Under the pieces are notes generated by a model that saw only the letters and a list, made by a program, of their open reading frames with translations, did not search any database and was not told where the DNA came from. Of a stretch of 64,000 nucleotides of DNA, positions 57,767 through 64,000 are shown in pieces. The position numbers were made by a program, and so were the translations under genes. Origin of the DNA: Ophelia neglecta (lineage: Eukaryota). How positions within the stretch are numbered: position 1 is the stretch's first letter; each line of letters starts with the position of its first letter. The stretch covers positions 54,374,001 through 54,438,000 of the forward strand of contig OZ260665.1 of assembly GCA_965285935.1 (NCBI GenBank). The letters are read 5' to 3'.

Positions 57767-58484
57767 CAGACATGGGGCGAATACACTTGAAATGTATTCG
57801 AATACGAATATGAATACACCAGCTTTCAAATGTATTCGAATACGAATACGAATACTTTCAAAAGTATTCATGAATACATTCAGGAATATTTTGGGTTTTG
57901 TATGCCAATAAATGGATTATATATTAATTAGAGTACATAGCAATTTAATATTAATTAAATTATATATTATTGATTACACTACCTGATATAGGAGGTATAA
58001 CAAAAACTGTATTAAATGCCTTAACAAATTACACTGGTATGGATACTATGCTATGAACTAGGAGAAAAACACACTAATAAAATTAAATATTATTGGCCTT
58101 TCTACATATACTGTCCCATGTATTTAGTGCATTTGTCAATGACATGTATTTTACAGATTTAGTATTACTTTTTAGAAACATGAGATTGTCAGACAAAGTT
58201 TTTGTCTGACAATCTGCACCTTTCGGGGCAGAAAACATTGTATGTGCCTTGTATCTTCCTGTTGTATTGTCTGGATGTTTGAAGTGGCTATATAGTTATA
58301 TATAAATATTTATCATTGTAATCACAAATGCATTCAGGAATATGAATACATTAATTTTGAAATGTATTCGAATACAAATTTATATTGGCTTTTTTCAGAA
58401 TGTATTCGAATACAAATACGATTACAGCATTTTTGTATTCGAATAAATTTGAATACAAATACTGAATAGGAAACCCCATGTCTG
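57767..58484. mobile_element. 718-bp hAT-type MITE with an 8-bp TSD, nested in the Harbinger-type element
   Basis: 11-bp TIRs CAGACATGGGG / CCCCATGTCTG. TSD GATTAAAC (57759-57766) vs GATTAAAT (58485-58492), 7/8 match. Clusters of GTATTCGAATAC/GAATAC subterminal motifs at both ends. Confidence 0.88.
58183..58215. repeat. Perfect 15-bp inverted repeat inside the hAT-type MITE
   Basis: AGATTGTCAGACAAA-gtt-TTTGTCTGACAATCT. Confidence 0.9.
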
Positions 58485-58755
58485 GATTAAATAGGATTGC
58501 ATGGCTTATAAACAATTTGCACATTTATGAATAAGAAATAAATCATTCTCTACCTTATGACTTGTTCTGAATTCGGAGTCATGAGTTAGATGTATCATTT
58601 CATGCCAAAAGAGTTGTATCTACCTGCTATTCATGTGTCTGTACTGTATAAATTCTAGAATTTGTTTAAGTATGATCAGTTTCACTACACACTTTTGTAC
58701 AATATATATTTCTATAAAATAGCTACACAAAAGTGTCAATAAGAAATACATGATA

Positions 58756-58897
58756 AAATGCTTCCCCTGTAAAAAGGGTTAAAAAAAATTGCGCCCCCCG
58801 TCAATAGGTTAAAAAAAAAGTGTAACCCCCCCTGTGAATAGACTAAAAAAAAACTGTCCCCCCCATGGAAATGGGTTGAAAAAAAAACTGTCCCCCC
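58756..58897 (+). repeat. Right subterminal tandem array of the Harbinger-type element (~5 x 30-34 bp)
   Basis: Repeated unit An-(T/C/G)TG-N-Cn-...AATAGGTT/AATGGGTT, in the same orientation as the left array. Confidence 0.8.
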
Positions 58898-59037
58898 AAA
58901 TTTACCACCCCCACCCCCCCCCGGCCATAAATAATGAACGCTCCCTTACAGGGTTGGGGGTATAACATAATTATCGAAACCCGCAACCGAGAACTAAAAC
59001 TCGTATCACACGCAATTCCTGAATATAATAGTATAAT

Positions 59038-59390
59038 CCTTACCCGTTTCTATCCGGAACTGTTATGTCCGCTGTAAGTACAGTATCCTGCATTGGACCA
59101 TATCTAGTAGTAATCATCTTTGCCTTCGTAGATCTACCCGTCACAGTAGCGCCAGGGAATAGATTTCTCTATAATATGTATTCAAGCATAAAAACAACAT
59201 ACCAGCAGATGATGTTCCGATATACTTATCAAAAAATCAAAACTGGGTCGAGAGACAAAGGTCCCAAAGATCAGAGAGGAAAAAAATGCTTTTAGATCCG
59301 GGACGAAACGTAAGGTGTCGCTTTGGTCAGCACTTGCCGGAAGTAGTTACACCGTCTGCAAGACCGGAAACAGATGGTGCTACAGGAATT
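59038..59390. promoter_or_regulatory. Candidate CpG-rich promoter region with ETS-type motifs
   Basis: CCGGAAGT at 59337-59344, ACCGGAAA at 59363-59370, TCCGGAA at ~59053; locally CpG-rich; outward-facing GTAAGG donor-like sites at both ends. Confidence 0.35.
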
Positions 59391-62309
59391 TCCACACCTT
59401 AACTTGTCAAAATACATGTATATTGCAATGTTTTACTTTAATAACACAATTTTTATTGCCTGTCATACTGGTGAACTTGTCGGTAGGTAATCAAAATATG
59501 CACGTTTGGTGTTATTATATTATTGAAAGGTGTGTGTTTTCACATTTTCTAACTAGTTATGATATTGAGAATCACTATAATTCATGAATTTGGGGTCCGA
59601 TATAAAGCAATGATACTACTTAAAATGGAGCTATCTCGGATCTTTGCTAATTATCAAAGAATAAAGGGGGGGGGGCTAACTTGTACATTTTAATGCCAGA
59701 AAAAAATACTCTTTCCTTTCAGAGCATACATAATACATATACACAGAGACTTTTTTACAATTCCCGTGCAATGAGTCCCTGGGACTGAATTTGGATCAAT
59801 GAGTCCTGGGGGGCCTGCAGTTATTCCCGGACAATTATCAATGTGTCAAAAAAAAAAACAATATCATAAAAATAACACCTTTATTGCTAATTACCCTATT
59901 GATAAAAAAATCACACAGCAGTTTGTACCACACCTCATTGGATTGACCGACGCCTGAAGTTATTCTAGAAGTTTGGCAATGGAGTGTGTTAAAGGGCAGA
60001 ATGAAAGTGAAAAGTTTGTACACTTGATCCTTATCAACATTGCATTTATACATACATTTCTGGCCCTTTAGGAGCTTTAGCGTTTTCTTTGGCGGCATCG
60101 GGGCAAGTTCAGTATCAGGCGTATACATCTAGTATTAGTGTCTTGGCAGCTGAAACGCTACCCAATTTTCGCTCATCTGTCGACCTCATTACATATGTCT
60201 CCCAGGCAGGGCTGTTGAAACGAGCTGTCGCCTCGCAGTGACAGTGGCTGGATGCAGCCTTAACAAAATTTCCAGTCTGCAGTATGGAGCACTTCTACGA
60301 ACTTAATAGCAAACATTGCACTAAATTTAGGATAGCTTAAGATGAATATTGTCGGCAGGTGCGCATATGAAAATAAGCCGATAACAAAATGTCTTTTTTT
60401 TTGGCGTTTTACATGTGTCAGATTTTTAACCTTCTTTTTAATCGTGTAACATCGAACCTTTTGCTAAAAAAATTGGGCCACATCCTATCCTCATATTTCT
60501 TTAGTTTTGCCAAGTTGTATGGACTATTATGCACAGGTAAGCAAGGCATTTGTCAGCTACTACAAACTATAACTAAAGGTATGAAACTGCATAGCTGTTG
60601 GACTAGCATTTTTGGATCCTCTTAACTTCGCTGCTTACTTACTTGAGCCATGATTGTTAGCTGCCATTGATATTTCTGTGTGTAAATATATACCCAAAGA
60701 CCTTTAATCCCACCTGGGGTCAGCTTTAATCCATTTAAGTGGCCTCTCAAAGAAAAAGAAACTAATCCCTTGAAGTTCCCTTTATGAAATTCAAATTTTA
60801 TTATGCCTGAAGATGGTTCATGCTACGGGAGGCTTTAATGTGAAGCTGAACCCAGCTCTGTCGCTGCCTCTGATTGGCTCTAATTGCAAGCAGGAGGGCA
60901 TTCGACCAATACCCAATGTGCTTCCTCAGCACTGTGGAGTTGCTTCCTCCACAGCTAGCAGTAATCCCTGCCATTAATGGCAAGCTATTTTCCATTGTTA
61001 TTTGAAAATTACGGAAAGGAGGCCAGAAGTGAGTCGACAATTGCCTTAATATGGACTTATGCCAGGTTCAAATTTATTGCAATTGTTATGTATTTACTGG
61101 CGAACATTGTTATTATCACTGTACGCATTGTGGATATTTATATCCTTAGTTATAGTAGGTAGAAGTGGGCCAGCGGCTTGCATACCTGTGCAATTATGCT
61201 TTGGTCCTCTGTTCTAACACCACGGTCCACATGGTACTATGAGATTTTACCAGGAATACCTGGGAAAATATGGAAAATTAAAATTATATTTCCTTTTCTG
61301 AAATTGACTTGAAATATGTAGGATAGATAGCTAGGTAAATACTCTTATTTCATTTTATTCTATAGTTTCATGAGTTCAAGTCCACAGGGAAATTTAATAA
61401 TGATACAAATTTGGTTTCAAAGAAAAATCTATCCATGATAATATATTTACTTTAGGATGAATAAAAACGGTCCTGCAGAGCTCATGGTCATATGCCGGAT
61501 GTTTATTAGATAATGCCTATGCCTCATAATCAATGATATAATAATTAATTTTCAGTAATGCAGTGAATCAGCCGTATAACTGAGAAATAATCCATTTATA
61601 TTCAAATAGAATATAATGAAAAATTTAGCAAAATATTCCCAACCTATTTCCAGTCATCTTCAGAAGCCATGATTATTTTAGAGAAGGGAGTTGCCAGACA
61701 ATTAAGAAAAGGAAGGATCACTGCCAGGGAAAGTGTTGTGAGGTTGCAACAGGCCAGCCTGGGTAACAATTAGCAGAAATCTTGACAGGTATGTAAGAAA
61801 ACAAAAATATGTGTCACATTAAAGCAACATCTAATAGAGCAAATTTTGACTGTGGTACATTTATGGTGGGTCATGCATAAGAATTGATCTGGTAAACAGG
61901 TCTGCTTAGTAAAGTAAAAAAGGATGATAGCTCTTTTAAATGGATATAGTAACAATGAATCTTATGGCATTCTGAAAAGTTGATCATGCCATAGCATTCT
62001 GAACTGACTAGCATTTAATACTTCATTCTTGAATTTTGCGGTGTGATAAAAAGTCCATTTTGATGCAAATTTACCTCCTGTATAATAAATCTCCCATCTT
62101 TTTATATTTACTTTGCCACTGTGTGATCCAATCAGTCCTTCTCATCATGGTTGAAACAAAGTTTTTCTATCTCTCATAGCATTTTATTTATGGCACAGTT
62201 GGTAGACTTATGATATTTCCATGAGAATTGAAATGCAAAATTTTTCACTTCAGCCAAGCCCAGTTTGTGGAATATATGTAGGGTATAAAGGAATAACCCC
62301 ATGGGAATG

Positions 62310-62420
62310 AATGTCCATCTGTCCAGCAGACTGCAGTCGAACATTCACTCACATCATCGGATGGATTCCATCCAAACTTGCAGGGCACAGTTATACAAAT
62401 AACATGATATGCAGATGTGC
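62310..62420 (+). mobile_element. Fragment of a common invertebrate interspersed repeat/MITE
   Basis: GTCCATCTGTCC...CGGATGGATTCCATCCAAACTTGCA pattern, recognised by resemblance only. Confidence 0.35.
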
Positions 62421-63287
62421 ATGAAGCCAGTAAGTAATGCAGCACAGATTTTACTGTGAGTTGGTTGGATTTCAGATATTTTACTTAATGTGGTTCTCCC
62501 CTCACTCAGATAGATGGTTTCCTTTATACCAACTCTCACAATTAAAAGTAGGTGCCTGTTTAAGAGGTATCGTTTGTCAGTAAGTCTGTCAGTATCTGTC
62601 TGAAGACTAGGAACTGTCCAATTTAATTTTTGGGTCTGGTAGGAGTCAGAGGTGAGGGAGGATGCAGGCTTTTATAAGTCACATAGGGCTTTATTCAATT
62701 TATATTTTAGTTGTTTTGGTGTATCCCACTAATCCAAATTCTACCAAAGGTATATGCATGCTACTTGCTACTTATTACTTGTAGCTCCCATGACGGATAG
62801 TCCATGTGGACTCATTTGACATTGATCATTTGGCCTTTTAAACCCCTGAAAAAATAATACCTGTTGTATTGACTACCAGGATGCAATTTTCTTTTATTTT
62901 CATATATCAATCAGGATATCAGTTCAGCAAAGAAATGTGCCATTCTTTTTTAGAAATCAGTCGCAAATAATAAAAATTATTACAATAATATATATTTTTC
63001 AAATACCAAAATGTACTGAATTTTTTTTTTCTGTTAGTGTATTACATTTAGTGCAAAGCAGTGTTTTTTGTGGGACTATACTTTGAAAATATATAATTTT
63101 AAATACAACCAATGATACCTTGATGTTTTTGATAGCCGTTTAATATTTTATGTCTTTATCCAATTGGTATTGAGAGTATGCAGTTACAGTTATATTTACC
63201 AAGTGCAACTACTTTCTTATTAACTTTTTTCCATTTGTTAACATAAGTTTTGAATGATTATCCTAATGGCTTTAATTTTTATTTCAG

Positions 63288-63624
63288 GTTAAAAAAAACA
63301 ACACAGAACAAAACAGTGCCAGGAAGAATGAATTTTGACGATTTGAAAACAGGAGAATTTTGTATGATACTGCACATAATTACCCACATCACAAATTGTG
63401 GTATTATTATAGAAAAAGAACTAAAAAAGCATCTCTGTCTCTCATCCAAAAGCACCCCCGACCTTATCTGGTATATGGAAAAAACTGAATTCACCAGCTA
63501 GGGCAATACATAGTGCACCATCAGTACAGGAAAAAACAGACCCAAGAAAAAGAGACTTGAATGTGATCTGAGCAGAATATAAGGACATATACCTGTATCA
63601 AAGAAAGTTTAAGCCTTACTTCAG
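63288..63624 (+). pseudogene. Exon-like segment (337 nt) with strong splice sites but no open frame
   Basis: CCTAAT branch-like site plus TTTTTATTTCAG| acceptor; CAG|GTAAGC donor; purine-rich; stops in all three frames. Confidence 0.4.
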
Positions 63625-64000
63625 GTAAGCAAAGTCTAAAAGATAAGAATGATTAGAAACTAAAGGACTCTGGACAGATAAATTAGTAAAAAAACAAAGA
63701 AAAACAAGCCATAATAACAATATTTCTGTGCTCTAGAATAAGAGAGAAGGAGTGGATGTCTGGATGGACACACCATATAAGATTGATCAAATTTCCAATA
63801 ACGGAGAAAAAGAGAGAATTGTCCATGATAATCCCAGATGAAAACTAAAACAAGGAGATTTGTAGAACCCAGCAGAGAGGAAAAAAGGAGAGGAGAAACA
63901 CCTTAAACAAGTAGGTCTGGCTTAGGGAAATCTCAGATAGAAAAAAAACAGTTTTTTTGGATACATCTGCTCAGTCTAATAAAATCCAGCAAAAAATGTA

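Larger units (their letters stand above)
56438..58945. mobile_element. Non-autonomous PIF/Harbinger-type DNA transposon (2508 bp including nested insertions)
   Basis: Perfect 32-bp TIR GGGAGCGTTCATTATTTATGGCC+G9 at 56438-56469, reverse complement at 58914-58945. Flanked by identical TTA (56435-56437, 58946-58948). A 3-bp TWA TSD and GGG-starting TIRs are PIF/Harbinger hallmarks. No transposase ORF. Confidence 0.9.

Noticed and set aside
59838-60128. Transposase-like N-terminus MPPKKTLKLLKGQ
   Set aside because: Short resemblance only; no downstream zinc finger or DDE region.
1-64000. Most ORFs in the supplied track as genuine genes
   Set aside because: All are 136 aa or shorter, many have non-ATG starts, overlap on both strands and lack recognisable domains, as expected by chance in eukaryotic non-coding DNA.

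Overview
AT-rich eukaryotic DNA, most likely from an invertebrate animal (inferred from repeat types and homopolymer style; taxon not determinable). It is essentially non-coding: no ORF exceeds 136 aa, and I recognise no intact host gene, rRNA, tRNA or CRISPR array. Most of the window is a graveyard of decayed transposable elements, including CR1/L2-type LINE reverse-transcriptase and 3'-end relics and MITE fragments. The best-supported structure is a young nested transposon stack at 56438-58945. The outer element is PIF/Harbinger-type and non-autonomous (32-bp perfect TIR, TTA TSD). It carries a 249-bp MITE with a 6-bp TSD, a 718-bp hAT-type MITE with an 8-bp TSD and a 38-bp-arm palindrome. 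Right of it are a candidate CpG/ETS-rich (possibly bidirectional) promoter at ~59.0-59.4 kb and a CpG-depleted tract with splice-competent but stop-containing exon candidates. Other leads are an unidentified block of decayed minus-strand coding-like sequence (2.7-6.3 kb), a consensus recursive-splice-site motif at ~31.64 kb and a recent 136-bp tandem duplication. No novel biological system can be firmly established from the sequence alone.
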